Below are positions 46,824-55,645 of a stretch of 62,720 nt of DNA, one piece after another (position 1 is the first letter of the stretch; every line of letters begins with the position of its first letter). Source of the DNA: an uncultured archaeon (GTDB lineage: Archaea; Altiarchaeota; Altiarchaeia; JAFGQM01); assembly GCA_964619365.1 (NCBI GenBank), contig CAZUDQ010000005.1, positions 1 to 62,720 on the forward strand, given 5' to 3'. A model generated the notes under the pieces. That model was not told where the DNA came from, ran no database searches, and saw only the letters and a list, made by a program, of their open reading frames with translations. Position numbers and translations under genes: made by a program.

Positions 46824-46917
46824 TTTGCACCCTAAAGGTTTGTTGGATAATTTGAGATTTGTTCTTATTAAATAGATAATGAGAAATAGATAATAATATT
46901 AAATAGTTAAAGGCGTG

Positions 46918-47751
46918 TCATCTAAATTCTACTGAGGCGTATCCAACAACGGAAGTTTGGTCTCCAGTGACATCTCCGGAAGTCATATACGCTATTTCCT
47001 TGGCTGATTTTACGCCCATATCCTTTGCGGCAATAATACTTGGCGCGGCGGCAGAATACCCACACATTGATATATTGTTTTTGGCAATGGTTGAAAAGAG
47101 TCCGGGAACATCCATTTTAATGAGCTCTTTTATTGCAAGGGAGTCGTTTTCCTTAGCAAGGCTTGCCGGCACGTAATGGCTCATATCACTTGATGCGACA
47201 ATAGCCGAATCTTTAGGGAGGACTTTTGCCAGTGTGTGCCCAAGTTCTGTACACGCCGAAAGGAACTCGTCATCAGGATAATATCCTTTAATACATATCG
47301 GTATTATTTTAAATCCGGGGGGGAGCACAGTTTGGAGGAAAGGTAACTGCACTTCAATAGAATGTTCGCCTAAATGGGCAGTCTCATCCAGTTCTACGCG
47401 AGAAGAGAGTTCTGTTAGTTTGCGACATGCCTTTGTATCAACACTCACTCGCCCAAGGGGGGTTTCCCAAGCGTCTGCGGATGAAACTGCAAAGTCAGCG
47501 CCAAGCCCAGTATGGTTAGGACCCAAAATGGCGACAGTTTTCACATCAGGAAAAAGGTAATATGCCTTTGCGGCAACATATCCAGAGTAGATATAGCCTG
47601 CGTGAGGCATGAGAAACGCTTTGGCGTTTTCTGCTTTCCGTTTAGATAACTCTAGTCCCCAATAAGAAAAAAGTTCAAAAATAAGAGACTCAAGCTCCCT
47701 TTTCTCAGCAGGATAAAACGCACCTGCAACTGTTGGGAGCCGTATGTCCAC
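46918..47751 (-). CDS. MEMO1-family protein (AmmeMemoRadiSam B)
   Basis: VAGAFYP, PHAGYIYSG, GPNHTG, EHSIEVQLPFLQ, ASSDMSHY, SMCG, VVGYAS. Confidence 0.93.
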   Translation of the reverse strand: MDIRLPTVAGAFYPAEKRELESLIFELFSYWGLELSKRKAENAKAFLMPHAGYIYSGYVAAKAYYLFPDVKTVAILGPNHTGLGADFAVSSADAWETPLGRVSVDTKACRKLTELSSRVELDETAHLGEHSIEVQLPFLQTVLPPGFKIIPICIKGYYPDDEFLSACTELGHTLAKVLPKDSAIVASSDMSHYVPASLAKENDSLAIKELIKMDVPGLFSTIAKNNISMCGYSAAAPSIIAAKDMGVKSAKEIAYMTSGDVTGDQTSVVGYASVEFR

Positions 47752-47761
47752 TGTGTCTTGT

Positions 47762-48706
47762 CTAGGCCTTGTTAAACTTTGACGCAGTTGGTGCCGTCTT
47801 TTTAGACTGTATTAAGGTCTCAATCCGCTTTGTCGGGCGAATTTGTGAGGTGTATGCCTCAAGAGGCTCTGGTGCGTCATCAGTTTCCTTTAGTTCTCCA
47901 CGCTCAATAAGGCACTGTTTTGTAAGTAGCCAAAATGCAAGCGATATGGATTGCTTACCCTTGTTGTTTAAAGGTATGACAAGATCAATGTTTCTTGTAA
48001 GTGCGTTTGAATCACAGATACCGATTACTGGAATCCCGACACGCGCAGCTTCTCTTAGTGCCTGTTTATCGGCAATTGGGTCTGCTACAAGCATTATCTT
48101 TGGTTCCCTGAAATTTCCTTCCTGTGGGTTTGTAAATGTTCCGGGGCGGAAACGGCCTGAGATATATTTGACACCTGTATTCTCTGCAAATTTCCTAACC
48201 GGCCTTTTGGCATATGCCCTTGAACCGACAACAAGAATGTCTTCCTTGTCAAAGTTTGCAAGCATCTTTGCAGCAATGCGCAAACGCTCGTCAACTGAAT
48301 TAAGTGAAAATATGCTTAGCCTGTCATCTCTTACTGTGTAAATGAATTTCTTCATGTTACCTGTGCGGTAAGTAAGACCTATGTGCACACCACTTTTAAG
48401 ATATGTCTCGGGATCGCAAAGAAGTTTTCTTCCTTCTGTTGCAGCAATGTATTCCTTTGCCTCATCAGGGATTTCTTCGACTTCTTCTACTTCTTCGGGT
48501 TCTACGTCTTCTTTTATTTTGTCCTTTGCGGAATCCTCCTCCGCGGGAAGGGCATCTTTTTTAGACTCGACAATTTCCTCTTTGCTTTCTTTTTTAGTGG
48601 ATTTTGCAGTCTTTTCTGCCTTGGACGTCTTAGCCTCAGCTTTTTTAATTTCTTCGGCTGCGACCTCGATGATTTCTTCTTCCGCCTTTTTCTTATCTTC
48701 TGCCAT
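47762..48706 (-). CDS. rps2: 30S ribosomal protein S2 with long acidic N-terminal extension
   Basis: YLKSGVHIG, GRFRPGTFTNP, NIDLVIPLNNKG. Confidence 0.95.
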   Translation of the reverse strand: MAEDKKKAEEEIIEVAAEEIKKAEAKTSKAEKTAKSTKKESKEEIVESKKDALPAEEDSAKDKIKEDVEPEEVEEVEEIPDEAKEYIAATEGRKLLCDPETYLKSGVHIGLTYRTGNMKKFIYTVRDDRLSIFSLNSVDERLRIAAKMLANFDKEDILVVGSRAYAKRPVRKFAENTGVKYISGRFRPGTFTNPQEGNFREPKIMLVADPIADKQALREAARVGIPVIGICDSNALTRNIDLVIPLNNKGKQSISLAFWLLTKQCLIERGELKETDDAPEPLEAYTSQIRPTKRIETLIQSKKTAPTASKFNKA

Positions 48707-48713
48707 TTTACTT

Positions 48714-48890
48714 TTAGCTTCGCTTTACAACTATCGGAATAACGTCCTCGCTTAATTCGAGTTCAGCTATCTCAACGGGGCTACGAACCCCTTTTTTGAG
48801 CTTTTTTAAGAGGACTGGGGCACCAAGAGATATTTGGAGCGCGCGTGCTCCAAGGAGCCTAGTCTTCTCATACTTGTTTAATGCTTCCAT
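48714..48890 (-). CDS. rpoK: RNA polymerase subunit K (Rpo6), 58 aa
   Basis: Manual translation MEALNKYEKTRLLGARALQISLGAPVLL...PVEIAELELSEDVIPIVVKRS*; below the ORF-track cutoff. Confidence 0.93.
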   Translation of the reverse strand: MEALNKYEKTRLLGARALQISLGAPVLLKKLKKGVRSPVEIAELELSEDVIPIVVKRS

Positions 48891-48906
48891 TTTTTTAAAT
48901 TGAAGG

Positions 48907-48981
48907 TGGGACCGCGGAGATTCGAACTCCGGTCACCGGCTCCCCGAGCCGAGAGGATAAACCTGGCTACCCTACGGTCCC
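48907..48981 (-). tRNA. tRNA-Pro(GGG) with atypical C33
   Basis: GGGACCGTAGGGTAGCCAGGTTTATCCTC-TCGGC-TCGGGGA-GCCGG-TGACCGGAGTTCGAATCTCCGCGGTCCCA; lies between rpoN and rpoK. Confidence 0.9.
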
Positions 48982-49028
48982 AAAAAAGCCGATATTGGAG
49001 TTAAAAAACCTCGGAAAAAACTTCTCCC

Positions 49029-49223
49029 TTATTTGGTATAAAGAAGAAGGTCGTCCATCAAGTCAGCATGCGTCAGAAGCATTCTTCTGCAACAGTACCT
49101 CTCTAGGCCTAGGTCATCCATGACCTTGCCAGGGTTTTCACCCGCCTCCACTCTCTTGCTGTATTCTTCCCACAACTGGCCAACAGGCTTGCCGCAGGTA
49201 AAACAGCGAACTGGGATTATCAT
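49029..49223 (-). CDS. rpoN: RNA polymerase subunit N (Rpo10)
   Basis: [12 protein letters not shown]...RYCCRRML; ATG at 49223. Confidence 0.96.
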   Translation of the reverse strand: MIIPVRCFTCGKPVGQLWEEYSKRVEAGENPGKVMDDLGLERYCCRRMLLTHADLMDDLLLYTK

Positions 49224-49224
49224 C

Positions 49225-49662
49225 TTAACGGTATGACTTCTGACGCTTAGCGCGTGGACCTTTCGAGCTCTTTGATGGCTTGTGGGGCTCAGTACGTCGT
49301 GAGTCACCAGATACTAAAGACCTGTCATAAGCTACAATCCTCTCGCGAAGTTCTTCGTCCTTTTTTGATTTGGCGGCATATGTAATAAGTGCACGAGTAA
49401 CTGCAGTCCTTATCGCATTTACTTGTCCGCTCGAACCGCCACCCTTTACAGAGACTTTGATATCAAGCTCTTCAATATTTACAAGGTCACCTGCAATCAT
49501 TAAAGGCTCTTTTATCCTTAGGCGAAGTATCGCATCACCATAGTTCTCAAGAGGCACAGAATTTATCCTGAAGCTACCTTTCCCGGGAACTATTGTCGCT
49601 CGGGCAACAGCAGTCTTCCTCTTACCTGCCTCGTGGGCAATCTGCTTTTTCTTTTCACTCAT
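49225..49662 (-). CDS. rps9: 30S ribosomal protein S9
   Basis: [16 protein letters not shown]-terminal [11 protein letters not shown]. Confidence 0.97.
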   Translation of the reverse strand: MSEKKKQIAHEAGKRKTAVARATIVPGKGSFRINSVPLENYGDAILRLRIKEPLMIAGDLVNIEELDIKVSVKGGGSSGQVNAIRTAVTRALITYAAKSKKDEELRERIVAYDRSLVSGDSRRTEPHKPSKSSKGPRAKRQKSYR

Positions 49663-50126
49663 TCTGATTTGCCTCCTAAGTATTTACAAAGTTCACCAAT
49701 TGTGACAAAATAGTCATAGTGTCCGACCATTCCTTTTGTGTCTTGTAATGTGACTTTATTTAAATCTACCTGTTCTTTTTTGAGTATTGTTAACTCGGGC
49801 CTACCCTTGTAAACCATAATCTTTGAAAATGCCTCAATACCCTTTGGTTTTGTATAAGGGAGCATACCACGTATAACGCGCCTTAAGAATCTATCTGGGT
49901 TCTTTGGACGCTTCGGACCGTACCTGCGCGGGTTCGTGTGGCTTTTTGCTGAAAAACGCGTTTTCATATCAGCAAAGATTGCATCAGGTTTTCCGGATAT
50001 TAGTGCTTTTTCGGCATTGAATATGACAACATTCTCGCCGTTAAGTCCCTGTTTAGCTGCAAATGCGGCAAGCTTACCCATTGTAAGGCCATCGGCGTCA
50101 ATGACTATCTTTTGTTTCGCACTCAT
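49659..50126 (-). CDS. rpl13: 50S ribosomal protein L13
   Basis: VIDADGLTMGKLAA, NAEKALISG, RRVIRGMLPY. Confidence 0.95.
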   Translation of the reverse strand: MSAKQKIVIDADGLTMGKLAAFAAKQGLNGENVVIFNAEKALISGKPDAIFADMKTRFSAKSHTNPRRYGPKRPKNPDRFLRRVIRGMLPYTKPKGIEAFSKIMVYKGRPELTILKKEQVDLNKVTLQDTKGMVGHYDYFVTIGELCKYLGGKSE

Positions 50127-50479
50127 TTTAGTATTATGATATTTGACCCTTTTGGGTTCTTCTTGACAAGCTCTTCAAAGGAGAGTATTTTGCCTTTTGC
50201 GTCTTCTATCTTCGTGCGAGCTGCAGTTGACATTTTAAAACATGCCACTGTGACTTCATGGTCGAGCTCGCCGCCTGCGAGTATTTTGCCCGCGACTACG
50301 ACTGTATCCTTAGCTTTAGTGAACTTGTTTATCTTATCGATATTCACTTCAGCACGGCCCTTGCGGCTCTTCGCAAGATCCTTTGCAACGCGAGCCCATA
50401 AGGCCTGCCCTTTGCCCTCCTTCCTGAGGTAATCTATGAGAGATACCCGTGTTGGGTCCCCATACTTGGTTCCTTCCAT
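50123..50479 (-). CDS. rpl18e: 50S ribosomal protein L18e
   Basis: LWARVAKDL, VNIDKI, VVVAGKILAGG, NPKGSN. Confidence 0.95.
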   Translation of the reverse strand: MEGTKYGDPTRVSLIDYLRKEGKGQALWARVAKDLAKSRKGRAEVNIDKINKFTKAKDTVVVAGKILAGGELDHEVTVACFKMSTAARTKIEDAKGKILSFEELVKKNPKGSNIIILK

Positions 50480-50493
50480 TGTGTTAGCGTGAT

Positions 50494-50579
50494 TGGTGCG
50501 GGGGACGAGGTTCGAACTCGCGTAGGCCTAAGCCACTAGGCCCTCAACCTAGCCCGTTTGACCACTCCGGCACCCCCGC
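50494..50579 (-). tRNA. tRNA-Leu(GAG)
   Basis: GCGGGGGTGCCGGAGTGGTCAAACGGGCTAGGTT-GAG-GGCCTAGTGGCTTAGGCCTACGCGAGTTCGAACCTCGTCCCCCGCACCA; long variable arm, encoded CCA. Confidence 0.95.
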
Positions 50580-50613
50580 AAAAAAGGTGCACGTTTATTA
50601 TTTGCTTAGGTGA

Positions 50614-50643
50614 CGCGGTTTTTCGGCAATCGAAAAGACCGCG
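50614..50643. other. Stem-loop between rpoD and tRNA-Leu
   Basis: cgcgg-ttttt-cg gcaat cg-aaaa-g-a-ccgcg inverted repeat. Confidence 0.5.
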
Positions 50644-50655
50644 CTTGTTATACTT

Positions 50656-51258
50656 TTATTTTGTCAAAGACCCCTCGAGAATCTTTGTTTTTTCTTCTAA
50701 AGCGAGAAGCGCCTTATCAAGAACCTCCCTTGCAGACATATTGTTAAAAGACTCGACAAAGAATTCGAATTCATCGTCTGCTTTTTGTCCATATGAACAT
50801 ATAGCGCACTGGTATTTTGCATGTTCTGTTATGAATCCTAAGCCTGCTGTCATTTCCATCTTGAGCTTTTGGCCCTCGCGAAGTTTGACTATTGGAATAT
50901 TATCGTATATGGGTTTTATCTTTGGGTCACTTGACTTTATGTCACCAGAGTATACAGTACCAGGACCTTCCTTCTCAAGAAGAAGACTGCACTCATAACG
51001 AGCATCACCCGGCTTGTATTTATCGTCCTTAATCTGGTAAGTCTTAAGATCTGTAGATAACGGAATAAGGCCTATTCTCTGTGCAATCATCTCTTCATAA
51101 AGGATTGATGAATTCTCATAGAGGGTTATTGTCTTTACTGCCATTGCAGGCACATAAGACATAACAGCACGCCTTATGGCATTTGCTTTTGTGTAATCGA
51201 TACCTTTTATGGTAAACTCTATACGCCCCTTACCCTCTTTTGTGAATTTGATATCCAT
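50656..51258 (-). CDS. rpoD: RNA polymerase subunit D (Rpo3)
   Basis: ANAIRR, ENSSILYEEMIAQRIGLIPL, GPGTVYSGDI, PIVKL, HAKY; ATG at 51258. Confidence 0.95.
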   Translation of the reverse strand: MDIKFTKEGKGRIEFTIKGIDYTKANAIRRAVMSYVPAMAVKTITLYENSSILYEEMIAQRIGLIPLSTDLKTYQIKDDKYKPGDARYECSLLLEKEGPGTVYSGDIKSSDPKIKPIYDNIPIVKLREGQKLKMEMTAGLGFITEHAKYQCAICSYGQKADDEFEFFVESFNNMSAREVLDKALLALEEKTKILEGSLTK

Positions 51259-51265
51259 TTTAGCC

Positions 51266-51934
51266 TTATACACGTCTTCCACGCTTTCCGCCCGGTGGTT
51301 TGCACCCTCCATGGGGAATCGGCGTTACGTCTTCAATCTTTCTTATCTTTATGCCTGAACGTGAAAGCATCTTAATGACTGCTGATGCCGCACGACCTGG
51401 GCTCTTCTGACCCCTGTGGCCGCCTTTGCCTCTAAGTAAGACATCGACTTTTGTGAAACCACGGTCTTTAAGTTCAGTTGCAACACGCTTTGCGAGCTGA
51501 CCGCCTGCAAAAGGCGATTTTTCCTCACGACCCGTCTTTGCAACCATCCCACCCATAGCCTGTGCCAAAGTTTCAGCACCAGACAAATCAGTTACTGTGA
51601 TAATAGTGTTATTCTTTGAGGCATGTACATGCACTAATGCTATCATTTCGGAGGTCTGTGGAGTCGCAAGCTGTGTTGGCTTCTCCTCTTTTTCCTTGAT
51701 GATACCCTCTTTTACCTGATCAACAAGACTTTTACTGACCGAGTCCTCAGAAGCGTCCTTTGCCTCTGTTTTCCCTTCAGATTTTTCTTTCTTTTCGGGC
51801 GTCTTTTTTGCTTCGGCTTTCTTTGGGGCCGCCTTGGAAACTTCCTTTGCGACTTCCTTTACTGTCGGTTCGACTGTGGTTTCTTCAACCTTGGTCTCTT
51901 CGACCTTTGCGTCCTTTGCCTTCTTTGCAACCAT
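51266..51934 (-). CDS. rps11: 30S ribosomal protein S11 with about 95-aa charged N-terminal extension
   Basis: HASKNNTIITVTDLSGAET, IEDVTPIPHGG, GGKRGRRV. Confidence 0.95.
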   Translation of the reverse strand: MVAKKAKDAKVEETKVEETTVEPTVKEVAKEVSKAAPKKAEAKKTPEKKEKSEGKTEAKDASEDSVSKSLVDQVKEGIIKEKEEKPTQLATPQTSEMIALVHVHASKNNTIITVTDLSGAETLAQAMGGMVAKTGREEKSPFAGGQLAKRVATELKDRGFTKVDVLLRGKGGHRGQKSPGRAASAVIKMLSRSGIKIRKIEDVTPIPHGGCKPPGGKRGRRV

Positions 51935-51943
51935 CTTTTAAAA

Positions 51944-52873
51944 TTATTCTTCAGCCGGAGGCTTTGCCTCTACTGCTTTGTCTTCCACTTCGGCTTCTTC
52001 AACTTTGGGTTCTGCGGCCTTAGGCTCTTTTGGAGCTTCCTTGACCTCCGCAGTCTCTTCAGCTACTGCCTTAGGCTCTTTGACTACAGCTTCAGGCTCT
52101 TTTGGAGCTTCCTTGACCTCCGCAGTCTTTTCAGCTACAGCTTCTTTAACTTCAGGTTCTGCGGCCTTAGGCTCTTTTGGAGCTTCGGCTTTTGGAGCTT
52201 CCTTGACCTCTGCAGCCTCTTTGACTACAGCTTCAGGCTCTTTTGGAGCTTCGGCTTTTGGAGCTTCCTTGACCTCTGCAGTCTTTTCAGCTACAGCTTC
52301 TTTAACTTCAGGTTCTGCGGCCTTAGGCTCTTTTGGAGCTTCTTCTACTGCTTTGTCTTCTGTTGAAGCCTTTTTCTCAACACGTCTTGCAGGGTGATCG
52401 ATATCTCCCATCTTTGAACCAGCATAATACTCAATTGCTGCTGCTTCTTCGAGAGTTAACGTGTGCCCGGGAGCCGTCATCCTACGACCTGCTACTGCAA
52501 TATGTCCATGAACAATTGCCTGGCGTGCCTGTTTTATAGTAAGTGTCAGTCCTTGTTTAAATGTTGCCGTCTGGAGTCTGCGATCAAGAATATTTTCAAC
52601 TGAGATATCAAGAATATCTTCAAGCTTTGCTCCATCCTTTAGGAGACCTGTACGTATAAGCCTCTTGATAAGGTCGGTTTGGGTTTTCTCATCAGGTACT
52701 GCAAGAAGTTTTCTTGCAAGTCCTCTTATTCGCGCAACTTCACTTTTTGCTTTCCAAAGTTCACGCATATTCTTTAGACCATATGCATAAACCAAGTCAC
52801 TTTCACCGTCCCTGCCCTTGAACATGTGGCTGGGGGTGCTATACTTTCGCCTTTGTTTTTTTGGCTGACCCAT
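51944..52873 (-). CDS. rps4: 30S ribosomal protein S4 with about 140-aa repetitive E/K/A/P C-terminal tail
   Basis: MGQPKKQRRKYSTP, YGLKNMRELWKA, LDRRLQT, ARQAIVHGHI. Confidence 0.95.
   Translation of the reverse strand: MGQPKKQRRKYSTPSHMFKGRDGESDLVYAYGLKNMRELWKAKSEVARIRGLARKLLAVPDEKTQTDLIKRLIRTGLLKDGAKLEDILDISVENILDRRLQTATFKQGLTLTIKQARQAIVHGHIAVAGRRMTAPGHTLTLEEAAAIEYYAGSKMGDIDHPARRVEKKASTEDKAVEEAPKEPKAAEPEVKEAVAEKTAEVKEAPKAEAPKEPEAVVKEAAEVKEAPKAEAPKEPKAAEPEVKEAVAEKTAEVKEAPKEPEAVVKEPKAVAEETAEVKEAPKEPKAAEPKVEEAEVEDKAVEAKPPAEE
52010..52345 (-). repeat. In-frame tandem repeats in the rps4 tail
   Basis: Recurrent ttttggagcttccttgacctc and ggttctgcggccttaggctc units encoding AEVKEAPK and EPKAAEP. 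Confidence 0.85.
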
Positions 52874-52889
52874 CTTAATTTATTTAATT

Positions 52890-53369
52890 TTAATGTTTCT
52901 TCCTCTTGACACCGACAGCAGTTGTACCACGTCCGGTGGACTTCGTTCTTTGGCCACGGTGTTTTAAGCCGCGGGCTTCCCTTAGTCCCCTAAAGGACTT
53001 TGTTTCGCCCAGGACATCAAAGTCCTGCTTCTTTGCGAAGTCAAGGTCAGATGTTTTAAGGTGAATATCTTCTCCAGTCTCAAGGTCTTTTCTTCTGTTA
53101 AACATCCATACGGGGATACCTAGTGAGCCAGGTGCGTCTATCGCATTTTCTATTGTAAGTATTTGGGGATCTGTGAGTATGCCCAGTTTCTCGTTTGGGT
53201 TTATGTCTAGCTTTCTTAGGATTGCATGCGCAAGGTTGTTACCGACACCTTTTACACAGGCCACTCCTGTCAACATACTCTTTGAGCCGTCAATATCAGT
53301 TCCGTGTATTCTGATCATTGATACGGCTTTCTTCTCATCGCCTTTTCCGGGGTTTTGGTTCTCTGCCAT
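52890..53369 (-). CDS. rps13: 30S ribosomal protein S13
   Basis: IRIHGTDIDG, VKGVG, WMFNRRKD, RGQRTKSTGR. Confidence 0.96.
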   Translation of the reverse strand: MAENQNPGKGDEKKAVSMIRIHGTDIDGSKSMLTGVACVKGVGNNLAHAILRKLDINPNEKLGILTDPQILTIENAIDAPGSLGIPVWMFNRRKDLETGEDIHLKTSDLDFAKKQDFDVLGETKSFRGLREARGLKHRGQRTKSTGRGTTAVGVKRKKH

Positions 53370-53653
53370 TGTTGATTCGAAACTTTAAGCTTGCTTTGTC
53401 CGATGGCGCCGCCGTACTATTGCGTGCCGACTGCGTGCCAGTTTCAAAGAGGCTCGCCGGCCAAAACAAGAAAACGTTTATGTAAATTACGGGAATTTAG
53501 AAGCTTCCGCTATAAAAAGGTCACACAAATTGGGCTTTGTCTAAATAAGGTAAAATTATAATGTTTATAGTCAAAAACTGTTGGTTTAATACTAATCCAT
53601 ATAACAAATATAGAAAGATACTTTTAAATATCAAGGCATTAAGCTTAGTCGTT

Positions 53654-54136
53654 ATGGCACAATTTGAAACAATTAGGGCTTTTTGGCAAGTTATGAGCCT
53701 TTCGAGCACCCGTTACCTGCTCGGTCTTGTCGTGCTTCTTCTTCTTGTTGGGACCTTCATCTTCATGGAGATTGAAAAGAGCCAGGGACTAACTGCTCTT
53801 GACTGGAGTTATTTCTGCGTCGTAAGCCTCCTTACAATAGGCTACGGGGACATAGCACCACAAACAGAAATGGGAAGAGCTATAGCGATAATTTATCTTG
53901 TCGTAGGTGTTGGGATACTTCTCGGATTTGTGCAGATAATATTTTCACAGACCATCAAAACTCGCCTTGAAATGCATGAGAACGACAAGTCTAGAAGTGA
54001 AAGAAGCCTGATAAGAAGCGCAACTGCAGACGCTATCCGCCATGCTGAATGCGTAATAAAAAGTAATAGCAGGCGCCCGGTAAATGCTATCCGGCGCAAG
54101 AAAAATCAGGGCGAAGTAAAAAAAAACAAGGAATAG
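53654..54136 (+). CDS. Two-TM KcsA-like potassium channel
   Basis: TM-pore-TM with TIGYGD selectivity filter; ATG at 53654 preferred. Confidence 0.9.
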   Translation: MAQFETIRAFWQVMSLSSTRYLLGLVVLLLLVGTFIFMEIEKSQGLTALDWSYFCVVSLLTIGYGDIAPQTEMGRAIAIIYLVVGVGILLGFVQIIFSQTIKTRLEMHENDKSRSERSLIRSATADAIRHAECVIKSNSRRPVNAIRRKKNQGEVKKNKE

Positions 54137-54137
54137 C

Positions 54138-54473
54138 TTAGTATGTTCCTATTCCTTTTTCGTTCTTTGTCTTCTCAATCGCACTAAGGATTGACTTTTT
54201 TGGAACGTTTCCAACAATTCTTCCCACTTCTTCTCCAGAGTTAAAGAGGACAATACACGGGATTGACATGACGCCAAACTTTACTGAATTGTTCTTTGCG
54301 ATGTCCACATTGACTTTCCCTAACGGGACTTCTGCTTCATCACACGCTTCCTGAATCACAGGGGCAAGCATCTTGCATGGTCCGCACCAGGGTGCCCAGA
54401 AATCAACCACACAAACATTGTTGTTGTTCACAAAACTATCAAAGGTATCATCATTTAGGTCCATTTTACTCAA
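54138..54473 (-). CDS. trxA: Thioredoxin
   Basis: DFWAPWCGPCK, VMSIP. Confidence 0.95.
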   Translation of the reverse strand: MSKMDLNDDTFDSFVNNNNVCVVDFWAPWCGPCKMLAPVIQEACDEAEVPLGKVNVDIAKNNSVKFGVMSIPCIVLFNSGEEVGRIVGNVPKKSILSAIEKTKNEKGIGTY

Positions 54474-54510
54474 GTTATTTTTTTCCTTGGTCTACAAAAA
54501 TAGGCTAGAG

Positions 54511-55308
54511 ATGGATTTGGGGGAACTCCTTAGGCAATGGAGAGTGGAAAAGGGGGAAGGCGCGCTTTCGCATCTTAAAAATGGATTTTACGACGAGGCA
54601 CGCAGTCTTGCAAATAGTCCTGACCCTTACGAAGCAAAAAAGGCAAGAGAGATTTATGAGGATGTCCTTCGCATGCGCCAAAGAAAGATACTAATGGCGG
54701 CCCTCACCCAATTAAGGGGAGGCGAAGCCCCTGATGGACTTATTGAAATAGAAAAACTCGCTTATAGGAGGATTTATTCTGTTCTTGACGGCATGCGTGA
54801 CGGTGTAGTCTATGATGACGATGTCGAAATCGAGGATGAGAGTGGCCTGCTGCTTGGAAACAGTGCCGATGCACAGACAGTTCCTGAAGGGCAGGGAACA
54901 CTTATTAAAGAGGCTGAGCCTGTAGAGGTGCCCAGCGAAGAAAAGGCAACTGAAGTCAAAGAGAGTGAAAGGATAGAAACTGTAGAAGTAGTAGAGGAAA
55001 CTGTAGAGCCTTCAGGAGAAGATGTTCCTTCAGAGGAGGATACGCCTTCACAAGAAGAATCGGTAAAGGATGCTGTTAATGAAGTTCCTGCTAAAGTCTC
55101 TGATGAGGATGAGTTAGGCCTTCGCACAGTCAAATTCGTACGGGGAATCCCTTCATTCATAGGACCCGATCTTTCAACATTAGGACCTTTTGAAGACGGA
55201 GAGGAAATAGAGCTTGACCCAGATGTCGCAGCCATACTTATTGCCAATGGGGCAGCAATGGACTTAGATACTGGGGATGGGAACGCAGACATAAATGAGG
55301 ATGACTAA
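54511..55308 (+). CDS. GINS complex subunit (Gins15/Gins51 type) with long acidic linker
   Basis: A-domain (EK..L..L...FY, R.RKI) and B-domain (IPSFIGPDLSTLGPF...A.ILI..G.A); lies upstream of L44e as in the conserved archaeal cluster. Confidence 0.8.
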   Translation: MDLGELLRQWRVEKGEGALSHLKNGFYDEARSLANSPDPYEAKKAREIYEDVLRMRQRKILMAALTQLRGGEAPDGLIEIEKLAYRRIYSVLDGMRDGVVYDDDVEIEDESGLLLGNSADAQTVPEGQGTLIKEAEPVEVPSEEKATEVKESERIETVEVVEETVEPSGEDVPSEEDTPSQEESVKDAVNEVPAKVSDEDELGLRTVKFVRGIPSFIGPDLSTLGPFEDGEEIELDPDVAAILIANGAAMDLDTGDGNADINEDD

Positions 55309-55363
55309 GGTATTTATATAAGGTCTATCAAAATAGCCCGTTAAAATACTTTACTATTTAAAG

Positions 55364-55645
55364 ATGAAAATCACCGAGGAAGTAAAGGCCTATTGTAAGA
55401 AGTGTGGAAAGCACACAAAGCACAAGGTCAAAAAGGACAAGAAAGGAAAAGCCTCGCCCATGAGCTGGGGTCAGCGTCAATACGCACGCGTAAAAAAAGG
55501 TCACGGCAGCAAAAGACGTGGTGAGAAAGAAATCATGAAGGTCAACAAAGGCGGTAATTTCCGTCTTGCTTGTGGAGAGTGCGGACAAAGCCATTTGAGG
55601 GCATATGACCGAGGCAAAAAAGAGCCAGAAATCACCAAAGGATAA
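55364..55645 (+). CDS. rpl44e: 50S ribosomal protein L44e
   Basis: YCKKCGKHTKHKV, WGQRQ, CGECG. Confidence 0.92.
   Translation: MKITEEVKAYCKKCGKHTKHKVKKDKKGKASPMSWGQRQYARVKKGHGSKRRGEKEIMKVNKGGNFRLACGECGQSHLRAYDRGKKEPEITKG

Noticed and set aside
52010-52345. Repeat cluster as a CRISPR array
   Set aside because: The units are in-frame coding repeats of rps4 with no unique spacers and no cas genes.
53395-53470. tRNA upstream of rps13
   Set aside because: No T-loop consensus in a proper stem and no cloverleaf could be formed; kept only as a candidate leader.
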